Shown here piece by piece: positions 37,870 through 49,582 of a stretch of DNA of 64,000 nucleotides; position 1 is the stretch's first letter; each line of letters starts with the position of its first letter. The stretch lies in the NCBI GenBank assembly GCA_973895155.1, contig OZ316895.1, positions 17,989,880 through 18,053,879 of the forward strand, given 5' to 3'. The translations under genes and the position numbers were made by a program. The notes beneath the pieces are model-generated. The model saw only the letters and a list, made by a program, of their open reading frames with translations. It searched no databases and had not been told where the DNA came from. This DNA comes from Marsupella aquatica (Eukaryota > Plantae > Marchantiophyta).

Positions 37870-40800
37870 ATGGAACCCGGGCCGAGGCCGGAGGTAAGGC
37901 TGAGGGTGAAAACCCGATTAGGGTTAGGGCGCGTTAAGCGTCGGCGGCTAGGAAGGATCAACGGGAAGAAGGACAGGCAGAGGAGAGGGGTAAGGAGCGC
38001 TTGCAGGAGATGGTGGCTCATTTGCGAGCACGAACTAGGCAGACGACTACGGGAGGCCAACTACTGTCAGCTGCTTAGGCAAGCACTCGGGGAGAGAGTA
38101 GATACCGACGATCGACCTAAGGAGGGTATGAGCAACGTCAATCAAGCGGCACATTTCTGGGGATGCCTGTTCGAACGGGCAACTGAGTACATCAAGACTT
38201 ACGAGGACGAGGAATCAGAAAGGGCAGCTTGAGAACGGCAGGAGCTCGCTCGATTGTGGGAGCTGCAGAAGACGGCTTTCTTAGGAGGCGAACTCATCAA
38301 GGACGAGTTCCTATGGACGCCTACTTCCAATCAACTCGACGATCTTCTGTTTTGCAAAGACAGCGTCGTCGGCATCCGAGAGGCCATCAAGAACTGCAAT
38401 GACATACACTGGGAATTAAAGGGTAGCACGGAAAGGTGGACCCAGGCAACGGTGCTAGGAGAAACCTCCACGGCAGCAGAGATGAAGAGGAAGGGAGCCG
38501 TCAACGATGAAGCCACCCCGGCAAAAAGAACGAGGTCGGCGGCACCAAAGAAGCCAGCTGAGCAGCAGAACAGGAGGCAGGGAGAAGCCGAAGAGGAGGA
38601 GGTCGATCCCATCAAGGCCATTCCAACCAGGGATGACACCTGGAAGGGCTGGGCGGCAACCCTACCGGTGGAGGTGCAACTACATTTTGCACGGGAGGAG
38701 GATGCATGCTTTACGGCCATGCAGACCAAGAAGTACCAAGGCTTCATGGCCGGATCCGGCTTGGAGGCCTTTGTAAGATTACCATGGCTGAAGCCGGAGG
38801 TACCGGAGTCAGACCTATTAGAATTCGTGGGGTCATGGGAACCCGAGACCAATTGCACGAGGATATATGGGAAGGATTTCTATCTTACTCCCAAGGTAAT
38901 TGCCGAAGTGTTTGGCCTGCCGATAGGCAATAAGACCAAAGTTGATACCAGGAAGACCTTGCCTGACAAGGAGTTCCGGTCGTTCCCCGGGCCATCAACG
39001 AAGAATGGCTTCTTCCGGAACACCTGCACCAACCCGCACATAGGAGAGATGATCGACTTCTTGCGGGTGACCATGCATTGTAACTTGCCGAGGGCAGAGA
39101 TCGGCAAGGCACAGGTCTATCTGGCAGAAAGGCCAGACCCAAGCCGGGACTACAACGGGTACCTCCTCAACCAATTGAAGAAGATCTTAAAGGAGGAGCA
39201 GCAGGTAATCGGCATGGGGAGCGTGTCGCGGCTGGGCTATCACATGCCGCTGTTGTGCCGGTATGCCAGAGGTCAGACTTTTGCCCCGGTACTTCCCCTG
39301 CAGGTAAGGGCACCCGAGGAAGCTCCAACACCGAGGCCGTTGGCTGAGAAGCCTCAACCACCTGTTAGTCCTACGATCGAGCAGGTGTTTAGGCCCAGGA
39401 AGGAAGACTTGCCGATGTAGCAACCAGGCATGCAGAGTCTGCTGAAACTACTGGAGAAAGAAAAGAAATCGGCATCGGCAACAACAACGGCAACGACAAC
39501 AATGTAGGACACTACTACAGAGGTAGGCCTACACCGGCTCACAAGAGAAAACCCCTTTGCTGGAGACAAGGAGAGAATCAGGCCGGAATCCAAGCCAGGT
39601 GTTCGAATGTACGTGGGAACCTCAAGCTCCAAATCTGAGGCAGAATTGCCTGAAGCTCCTACCGACGAAGAGGAGAGGGAGAAGCCGGACGTCCAAGAGG
39701 TAGAGGAGGCAGTGGAGGACTGCAGCCATGATAATTCCGGCTATGGGTCGGACCATCACGTTCCAGGAGTAAGGACCTGTGGCCGGTTTGTCCCCACACT
39801 TCCAAGGGTAGTGCGAGGGGACCCCAACCAGCAGAGTAGCCCTGAGTCTCCCCCACCAGATGTTGCTCCCCCGAGCTTCGACGGCATAAAACAGACGGTG
39901 CAGGAATTTCAGGAGCGAATCAAGCAGGAGGAGGAGGCCGCCCTGGCTAAGGAAAAGGATTTACCAGGAGGAGATTGGCCGGAGGACATCAGGCGGCTAG
40001 CCAAAAAAGGAAGCAAACCTCTAGCCACGATTGAAGAGATCCGCAGGACGGCTTGGGAGCAGAGGCCGCGATGGGCGATGCCGATCACTTCTACTTACTC
40101 CACCTACGCTAAGAATAGAGCCATGGAGTATGGTGAGATGTGTGGGGAACTTGCGCTCGGCATCTTTGGAGAGGAGTTGGAGGTAGGACCCTTTTTCCAT
40201 AGGGAGCAGTTGGAGAAGCACCAATTAGAAGAAGCGGTGGCTTTAGAGAGAAGCAAGAAGGACGAGGTCATTCGGCAGCTTAGGAGGATGGAAGCCGAGA
40301 TTGAAGATCTAGGGGCGGCCAAGAAAGCCCAAGATGAACTGCGGATTAAACGACATGAGCTGAACATCATGCAGGGGCAGTTGGACACCGCGTAGGCTGA
40401 TAATCAGAATATCAAGGATAAACTGACTCAGACGCAGGAAGAGTTGGCCGACACGATCAAAGAGAGGGAGAAGTGGAAGCAAGAGCTGAAGAATACAGAG
40501 GAGGCCCACATAACAGCCAACAGCCGGGCCATGGCGGAGACCCAAAGAAAGGAATGGGCGTTGAAGGGGGAGCTCGAGAAAATCCGCGGAGCCCTTGAGC
40601 AGAAGGAGGCCGAGTTAGGGAAATCCTATCAAGGGATTATGGCGCTGCAGCAGGAGCTTGCGTCCCTGACGGCCAGCTTCAAGGCCGACCTAAGGGAGAA
40701 GGACGAGATGCTCGAATAGACTTACGCCAAGATGAACCAGATGGAGTCTGTCATCATTGCAGAGCTCGACAAGGAGCTAAGAGCAACCCAGGAGGAGAGG

Positions 40801-41448
40801 ACTACCTTGAAACAAGAACGGGAGGAAGCCCAGAAGGAACTAGAGGAGGCACGCAAGGACCTGGATGAGACCCAGGAGGAGTTGGAGGAAATCACGAGGA
40901 AGATGGAGAACCTACAGCGGCGGGCCGACAACCAAACAGAGCGGCTGAAGAAACAAGCCGCAGTATTTAAATGCTTAGCTGCAGCAGGTCCATCTCCCGT
41001 TGGGACAAACCAGTTATCAGGGGTGGTAATTGCCGAAGCACAAGCCGCGCCACCTGCACCAGTGCCGGAAGTAAGTGGGAAGGGGAAGGGACCAGCTGCC
41101 GAGCCACCAACGAAGAAGAAGCGGAAACCTTCAGGGTCAAGGAGTAATACGACTTCACAGGCCGTGGTGATCAAGGAGGTAGACCCAGCACCGACCCCAG
41201 ACAGGGTCACGGCTAAGGATCCAACTACCCTAGGGGAAGGGAAGGCCAAAGCCGTGGGAGTGGCTGAGGCCGAAGCCGTGGGTATTGCCGAGGCCGGTGT
41301 CGAGGCTGAAGCCGAAGGTGGACCCAGTCAGGCCGAGGGAGAGTTGACTCGGTCAAGGGCAGGTAATCTGTCAGTAGGCGGGCCAACGGCAGTGGCTGAG
41401 GAGGAAGTGTTGGGGGCGTCCATTGAGGATCCACCACCGGTGTCGTGA
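37870..41448 (+). pseudogene. Family A LTR-encoded protein in the 5' LTR (in-frame stops only)
   Basis: ORF pieces from 37831 to 41448 are all in one frame, separated by CGA>TGA and CAG>TAG stops. Confidence 0.88.
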
Positions 41449-42373
41449 CGGTGCAAGGGCGCCGTTCCTTTTAGGGAGGGCGGACGTGGAGGGAGGAGGC
41501 GTGAGTGGGCAGGGCGGGCGCTGATCTCCAAGTTTAGGATTAGGATCAGAACCAGGAGCGGCCCTGACACTTAGCTTAGTGGGATTGTGGTTCCACTGGT
41601 AGGAGCAACACTTGTGCTCCTGCCTTGCTGTACATAGGTAGATTCGGGCAAGTAGATTACTGTTAGGTAGATTAGGCTTACGATGCAAAGAATGGCGGAT
41701 CCACTACCAGGATAAGTACCTGGGCAGCGGGGAGCTCAGGGCCTCTTCTTTAGCAAGTTTTTAGTTTGCACCAGCCGGGCTGGGATCAAGTAGTACGAGA
41801 AGCTCTCGGTTAGTCATACAGTGACCCTTGTGTATATTCATGTTTCCTCATGCCTAAGAGCTGAATAGAGTTGGCCTCACGGCTTAGTTCGCAGAACTTG
41901 TGTATGAGATGTACTGTTTGTATGGCAAGTGCATGGTATGACTCAGTCAGAATGAGTCATTTTGCTATTTGTGTGTCGCATTAACTTGTGTGAAGAGTGC
42001 CCACATCAACAGAAGGAAGGAAAGTAAGCAGGGGAGTAAGAGTTGGATGTGTCGAGCTGAGAGAGGTCTTAGCGGCTTAACCAAGCCTATTGGGGATCAT
42101 TCCGGCGGCGGAATCCAAACATACCTAACAAGACGGAGGGGAAGACAGGGGAAGACAGGGGAAGGCCTATATTAGGCCGGCTACGTATCTCATGACCCGA
42201 TGAAGGATCTGTCCAGTATATGTGTGTAAAATGTTAATAGTAGTAGTAGAAGGTTAGCAGCGTCCCATGCCGCTAAGCGGCGGAAACGGCCTCGCCAAGC
42301 ACGAAACCTGCGGGAATCGGCTTGAGCTGGGGGGTTTCGTGGGTTTAGGGAGCCATGGGACGCACCACATTTT

Positions 42374-42390
42374 TGGCGCTAGATGGAGGG
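42374..42390 (+). promoter_or_regulatory. Primer-binding site, tRNA-Asn type
   Basis: tggcgctagatggaggg after a 4-T spacer. Complementary (1 mismatch) to the plant tRNA-Asn 3' end CCCTCCTTCTAGCGCCA as I recall it. Confidence 0.8.
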
Positions 42391-42438
42391 GGCATTTCTT
42401 AAGCCGTGAGATATGAAGTTAGAACGGAAGCGTAGGTA

Positions 42439-43557
42439 ATGACTGACCTTACGCCGAGGGAAGAAAGAGTGATTCAACGGGAGAGAGCTCGACTGCAGCA
42501 GCTCGCCGGGTGGCATGATACACAGCGACTGAGAGGGGCAGAAAGAGCTGGTAGCTCCAAAACTGGAAGTGGCGTCGAAGAAGACATACCAGAAGAAGAG
42601 TCGGTAAGGAGAAGTGAGTCTCCAACCGACATGGGGGAACCAGAGGCACGGCCAGACGAGAGGCCAGGGACCAGATTGAGCCAGCGGTCGCGCATACATT
42701 ACAAGGCATTTCATGGGAGAGGAGATGAGGATCCGGACAAATGGTTGGATGATTTCGAGGGAACCGCTGCAGCAAATGGAGAATCGGCCATCAAGATGCA
42801 GATTCTTCCCGGCCTGTTCAAGGGTGAGGCTAGGCCTTGGTACAGAGCATTAGATGTGGAAGATCAAGCCATCTGGGATATCTTCAAAACACTCTTTGTT
42901 AAGGAGTTTCGACCCATTGGAACTTCAGAACTAGCAGTGCTGAAGTTGGGACAACTTCGGTTCAAGGAGAACAAATCCTTCAGGAAGTTCTTGCAACGCT
43001 TTCAGAAACTGGTAAGACGTACAAAGACCAATGCATCTGAATCTAGAGTCTCGGCAACAGTAGGTCAACTATTGAAAAATAGCCCGTATTTCCGGAAGCA
43101 ATTAAGGAAGGCTATTCTCGGCAAGCCGAGATTACCCAAGGTAGCAACCAGATCCGACGTACTAATGATAGAAGAAGATCAAGGAGCCCCAGCATTACCA
43201 TTAATGATTCAAGGAGAATTATTACTACGGGTACCCATCGATGGAGGATCAGGGGTATGTATTATGATTGATTCAACAGCAAAAGGGTGGGGTCTAACAC
43301 CGGAGATGACTGGAAGAGTGTTGAACATGGCCAATGGATATCAGGTCATTCCGACGGGAGTGTTAACCGGCATCAAGACAGAGATAGGAGGTATCTTCTT
43401 TAGCATTAACTATGTAGTAATGAAGCCGGTAAATCCTACGTCATTCCGGCTATTGATTGGTAGGCCATGGCTGTACCTAGCCGAGGTAATAGAAGATTGG
43501 GGTAAAAAAGCAGTTCACTTTCGGGACCCCCTCTATCACGGTATCCTGGGACACTAA
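42439..43557 (+). pseudogene. gag-pol: Gypsy gag (capsid) joined by an apparent deletion to aspartic protease
   Basis: FHGRGDEDPDKWLDDFE, LFKGEARPWY...WDIFKTLFVKEF (retrotransposon gag). Protease VPIDGGSG...LLIGRPWL. Confidence 0.85.
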
Positions 43558-44139
43558 GGATGACCGTAGAAAAAGCATAAGGGAAGTAGATGGGTACGAC
43601 AGTGGACTGGAGTCAGCCGATGAAGTACGTTGGTTAGAATGCCTCACTAACCTAACCGAAGAAGGTGTCTTTGGACCAGAGGTAGCCCCCAGCGGATTAT
43701 GGCAAGAACCAATGGAAGGTGACTTGGAAGAAGAAGACGAAGAGGTCGAGGACTGCTTTACAATAGAATCCACCTTTTTCGCTGCAATTCCGGAGGAAGT
43801 AAAGGATGTAGACCAATTGGATGAAACGGCTAAGTGGGGAGCAGTAGCAGGGACAGTGGATTTTCTGCAGGCCTTGTGGCAGAGCCGACGGGGTCCACAA
43901 CGCCATCGATCATCGGCAAGGAATTAAATACCAAGGGATCGGCATACAAGCCGATTACGAGGGCAGAACAAATTGAGGCCCTATTAGAAGCCGAGAGAGC
44001 ACAGCGGCCTAACTCTCAGGAGCAAGAAGTGGATGAGATGGACAGACACGATCCAGAGCCAAGGCAGGAAGGGGAGCCGACCACTAATTCAAAACCGAAT
44101 AGACCGGTAAGGGGACAATCTATGGACACCAAGGAAGGG

Positions 44140-44809
44140 ACCATCCCATATACTTCGCAAGCCGTCAGCTTGCCGATGCCGAACGGAACTACTCTACCAC
44201 GGAAAGAGAAGCATTAGGAGTCATTTATTCTTGTAAAAAGTTTAGGCATTATTTACTAGGGTACAAGGTAATCTTTCATACTGATCATGAAAGTTTGAAG
44301 TACCTAGTCAATAAGCCGGACCTTACAGGCAGAGTAGCAAGATGGATTTTGCTATTACAGGAGTTTGACTATGAGCTGAGGATCAAGCCGGGAAAGTTAC
44401 ATGCCAATGCCGACTTCTTTTCAAGGATCACAGGTAAACCTGCCACGGATTGCATCGATGATCGATTCCCCGACGAGGAGCTATTCGTTGTGGAAATAGC
44501 TGGTACATGGTACCCTGAGATTTTACAATTTCTCAGCACTTCCAGATTACAGCCAGGATTAAGCCGAGAGCAAGCCGCAGTCTTTGTGCGGAAGGTCAGA
44601 CAGTATCAGTGCATTAAAGGCATACTGCACAAGCATGGAATCAACGGCACGATTCAAAGATGTTTGGAAAAGAGAGAGGTAAAACGAGTCCTACGGGCCA
44701 TGCATGGAGAGGAGGCCGGAGGACATTTTGCCCCAGTAACCACGTCTAAAAAGATATTAAATGCCGGTTACTGGTGGCCCACCTTGCACAAAGATGTCTA
44801 TCAGTTTAT
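44140..44809 (+). pseudogene. pol: Gypsy RNase H and integrase Zn-binding fragment (RT deleted)
   Basis: PIYFASRQL..AERNYSTTEREAL, HTDHESLKYL, RVARWILLLQEFD, MHGEEAGGHF...GYWWPTLHKD. Confidence 0.85.
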
Positions 44810-46068
44810 CCCTTTTTCCATAGGGAGCAGTTGGAGAAGCACCAATTAGAAGAAGCGGTGGCTTTAGAGAGAAGCAAGAAGGACGAGGTCATTCGGCGGC
44901 TTAGGAGGATGGAAGCCGAGATTGAAGATCTAGGGGCGGCCAAGAAAGCCCAAGATGAACTGCGGATTAAACGACATGAGCTGAACATCATGCAGGGGCA
45001 GTTGGACACCGCGCAGGCTGATAATCAGAATATCAAGGATAAACTGACTCAGACGCAGGAAGAGTTGGCCGACACGATCAAAGAGAGGGAGAAGTGGAAG
45101 CAAGAGCTGAAGAATACAGAGGAGGCCCACATAACAGCCAACAGCCGGGCCATGGCGGAGACCCAAAGAAAGGAATGGGCGTTGAAGGGGGAGCTCGAGA
45201 AAATCCGCGGAGCCCTTGAGTAGAAGGAGGCCGAGTTAGGGAAATCCTATCAAGGGATTATGGCGCTGCAGCAGGAGCTTGCGTCCCTGACGGCCAGCTT
45301 CAAGGCCGACCTAAGGGAGAAGGACGAGATGCTCGAACAGACTTACGCCAAGATGAACCAGATGGAGTCTGTCATCATTGCAGAGCTCGACAAGGAGCTA
45401 AGAGCAACCCAGGAGGAGAGGACTACCTTGAAACAAGAACGGGAGGAAGCCCAGAAGGAACTAGAGGAGGCACGCAAGGACCTGGATGAGACCCAGGAGG
45501 AGTTGGAGGAAATCACGAGGAAGATGGAGAACCTACAGCGGCGGGCCGACAACCAAACAGAGCGGCTGAAGAAACAAGCCGCAGTATTTAAATGCTTAGC
45601 TGCAGCAGGTCCATCTCCCGTTGGGACAAACCAGTTATCAGGGGTGGTAATTGCCGAAGCACAAGCCGCGCCACCTGCACCAGTGCCGGAAGTAAGTGGG
45701 AAGGGGAAGGGACCAGCTGCCGAGCCACCAACGAAGAAGAAGCGGAAACCTTCAGGGTCAAGGAGTAATACGACTTCACAAGCCATGGTGATCAAGGAGG
45801 TAGACCCAGCACCGACCCCAGACAGGGTCACGGCTAAGGATCCAACTACCCTAGGGGAAGGGGAGGCCGAAGCCGTGGGAGTGGCTGAGGCCGAAGCCGT
45901 GGGTATTGCCGAGGCCGGTGTCGAGGCTGAAGCCGAAGGTGGACCCAGTCAGGCCGAGGGAGAGTTGACTCGGTCAAGGGCAGGTAATCTGTCAGTAGGC
46001 GGGCCAACGGCAGTGGCTGAGGAGGAAGTGTTGGGGGCGTCCATTGAGGATCCACCACCGGTGTCGTG
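44810..46068 (+). pseudogene. C-terminal half of the family A LTR protein in the truncated 3' LTR
   Basis: Near-identical to 40189-41448 at offset 4621. Confidence 0.85.
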
Positions 46069-49000
46069 ACGGTGCAAGGGCGCCGTTCCTTTTAGGGAGG
46101 GCGGACGTGGAGGGAGGAGGCGTGAGTGGGCAGAGCGGGCGCTGATCTCCAAGTTTAGGATTAGGATCAGAACCAGGAGCGGCCCTGACACTTAGCTTAG
46201 TGGGATTGCGGTTCCACTGGTAGGAGCAACACTTGTGCTCCTGCCTTGCTGTACATAGGTAGATTCGGGCAAGTAGATTACTGTTAGGTAGATTAGGCTT
46301 ACGATGCAAAGAATGGCGGATCCACTACCAGGATAAGTACCTGGGCAGCGGGGAGCTCAGGGCCTCTTCTTTAGCAAGTTTTTAGTTTGCACCAGCCGGG
46401 CTGGGATCAAGTAGTACGAGAAGCTCTCGGTTAGTCATACAGTGACCCTTGTGTATATTCATGTTTCCTCATGCCTAAGAGCTGAATAGAGTTGGCCTCA
46501 CGGCTTAGTTCGCAGAACTTGTGTATGAGATGTACTGTTTGTATGGCAAGTGCATGGTATGACTCAGTCAGAATGAGTCATTTTGCTATTTGTGTGTCGC
46601 ATTAACTTGTGTGAAGAGTGCCCACATCAACAGAAGGAAGGAAAGTAAGCAGGGGAGTAAGAGTTGGATGTGTCGAGCTGAGAGAGGTCTTAGCAGCTTA
46701 ACCAAGCCTATTGGGGATCATTCCGGCGGCGGAATCCAAACATACCTAACAAGACGGAGGGGAAGACAGGGGAAGACAGGGGAAGGCCTATATTAGGCCG
46801 GCTACGTATCTCATGACCCGATGAAGGATCTGTCCAGTATATGTGTGTAAAATGTTAATAGTAGTAGTAGAAGGTTAGCAGCGTCCCATGCCGCTAAGCC
46901 GCGGAAACGGCCTCGCCAAGCACGAAACCTGCGGGAATCGGCTTGAGCTGGGGGGTTTCGTGGGTTTAGGGAGCCATGGGACGCACCACAACATAGTTGA
47001 CTCGACTTCTAAGGGGGTCAACAGGCCCAACGGCAGTCGATGCCCAGTCGATGCCCAGTCTCTACGAGGCCCCGCCCCGCACTTGCCCAACAAGCTGGAC
47101 TCTGGCTCTCACTCCTTGGTGCGCTCTGACCCTGCTCAGGCCGGGACTCCCCATGCCTCGCCTTTCCTTACGCTGAGATAACTAAGCCTTCTCCCCTCCC
47201 ACAATGGAAGGGAAAGCCTAAATACTATGGTTGGGGAAAGGAACCGGAAGATACTACCTTCCGGGGGGGTAATGCCTACTGACTAACCACCCTCTGACTA
47301 GCCGGCCGCACTCCTCTAACCGGTTGACCGTTGACGACAAGGGCGTTGACCGGAATGGCAGCAGCTAAGTCTACTGACCAAAATCTAGTCTGTTGATGGA
47401 CTCTATCCTATGTTGGCTGATCCTAACTGATCCGGTCCTAATTCTTCCTACTGTGCCACTAATCGACGCCTAATGACAACTATTCTGTCGTTACGCCTAA
47501 CCAGAAGATGCCGCTGACTCAACCGCCTTGCGCAGCGCCTGCTTCCTCCCTTCACTAACCACCCCTTATGTGCGAGCCATGGTCGGACCAGGGTTTGTCC
47601 CTCTGTCGGGGCGAGACCTCGAGCCACCTTGATCAGAGGTGGGCCCAGGTGTGATGCCTAGCCAAGAATCACTCGGCCAGTTAAGTGGGTAAAGCAGAAG
47701 TGCACCCTAGAAACACCTTAGTATAGGGACAAAACAAGGAAAATATAAACAATTAGGGGCGACTATGGAACCCGGGCCGAGGCCGGAGGTAAGGACGCTG
47801 GGGGTGAAAACAAGATTAGGGTTAGGGCGCGCTAAGCGTCGGCGGCTAGGAAGGATCAACGGAAGGAAGGACCGGAAGAGGAGAGGGGTAAGGACCGCTC
47901 GCGAGGAATAGTGGCTCATTTGCAAGAACGAACTGGGCAGACGACTACGGGAGGCCAAATGCTATCAGCTGCTTAGACAAGCACTCGGGGTGGGAACAAA
48001 TACCAACGATCGACTCAAGGAGGGTATGAGCAACGTCAATCAAGCGGCACATTTCTGGGGATGCCTGTTCAAACGGGCAACTGAGTACATCAAGACTTAC
48101 GAGGACGAAGAATCAGAAAGGGCAGCTCGAGAATGACAGGAGCTTGCTCGATTGTGGGAGCTGCAAAAGACGGCTTTCTTAGGAGGCGAACTCATCAAGG
48201 CCGAGTTCTTGTGGACTCCTACTTCCAATCAGCTCGACGATCTTCTATTTTGCGAAGACAGAATCATCGGCATTCGAGAGGCCATCAAGAACTACAACGA
48301 CATACACTGGGAATTGAAGGGTAGCACGGAAAGGTGGACCCAGGCAACGGTGCTAGGAGAAACCTCCACGGCAGCAGAGATGAAGAGGAAGGGAGCCGTC
48401 AACAATGAAACCACCCCGGCAAAACGAACGAGGTCGGTGGCACCAAAGAAGCCAGCCGAGCAGCAGAGCAGGAGGCAGGGAGAAGCCGAAGAGGAGGAGG
48501 TCGATCCCATCAATGCCATTCCAACCAGGGATGACACCTAGAAAGGCTGGGCGGCAACCCTACCAGTGGAGGTGCAACTACATTTTGCACGGGAGGAGGA
48601 TGCATGCTTTACGGCCATGCAGACCAAGAAGTACCAAGGCTTCATGGTCTGATCCGGCTTAGAGGCTTTTGTAAGATTACCATGTGTCACGTCATCGGCT
48701 GTGGCCTTAACTCAGACTTCAGTTTAGACGGGCATATCCCTCGTAAATCTGAGGGTTCGGGCAGGAAGGGAAGCATGTAATGCACCTTATTCTCGTAAAC
48801 TAACGCTAAGTGCGCATACTGCTAAATACGGACACCTCCTAGGTATGGTTTGTGTTCCGCCGCCGGAACGTACCTTAGTCGATAGTAGGATCGACCCCGG
48901 CTTAAGGGCTTCTAAGCCTTCGTGTTGTCCGCCTTCGATCCGGATTCGATGATACAGGTCCTCAACCCGTGCTCGCAACCACTTACCCGCAGGCTGCACC

Positions 49001-49582
49001 CTGTGCACGTCTCGGGTAGTGCGTTTGGCCTGGCGCTGCCACCCATATAGGAGAAACCCACACACATACACGCGCACATGCATACAATCTCGATTTACAC
49101 GAAGGAAAATGATGGGAAAGGATTTTACTACAAAGGGAACATATGCGTACACTTAGTTGACCCGACAGCCCTGGAATGAACAGGTTCAAGGCCGAGGGTG
49201 CACACTACAATGGAGCCCGGCTCCGCACTCGCCCGGCGAGCTTAGTCCTACCCCCTCCCCTTGGTACTCTTTCATTCCCAGAGGTTGGGACTCCCCGCAC
49301 ATACTGCGGACGCCCAACTTTGCAACTAAAAACCCCCCCCTCGCTCTACCGAGGGGGTGCACTAAATACTAAGGGCCGAGGGACGGGGTGTCCTCTCGCC
49401 AAAGATTCACTGACTACGGTCCTAACTAAGCTGACAGTCAGGCCGGAAACGGTTGTGTTTTATTAGAAGATCCTAATCTATGCAGGCTGGACAGCACGGC
49501 AGCGATGCTGTCCCTGAGGCAGGTGCCTGTCCCAAGAGCCTGACTAAGCTAGTCCTAATCCTACTCTATTCCTACTCCGCCA

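Larger units (their letters stand above)
37755..46990 (+). mobile_element. Family A gypsy element with both outer termini, internally deleted
   Basis: TSD ACATA (37750-37754 / 46991-46995). 5' LTR 37755-42369, PBS, gag-PR, RNase H-INT fragments, 5'-truncated 3' LTR ~44810-46990. Confidence 0.93.

Noticed and set aside
44810-46990. Assembly artefact duplicating 40189-42369
   Set aside because: The copies differ at scattered bases including private stops, and the outer ends carry a matching ACATA TSD, as expected for an LTR pair.
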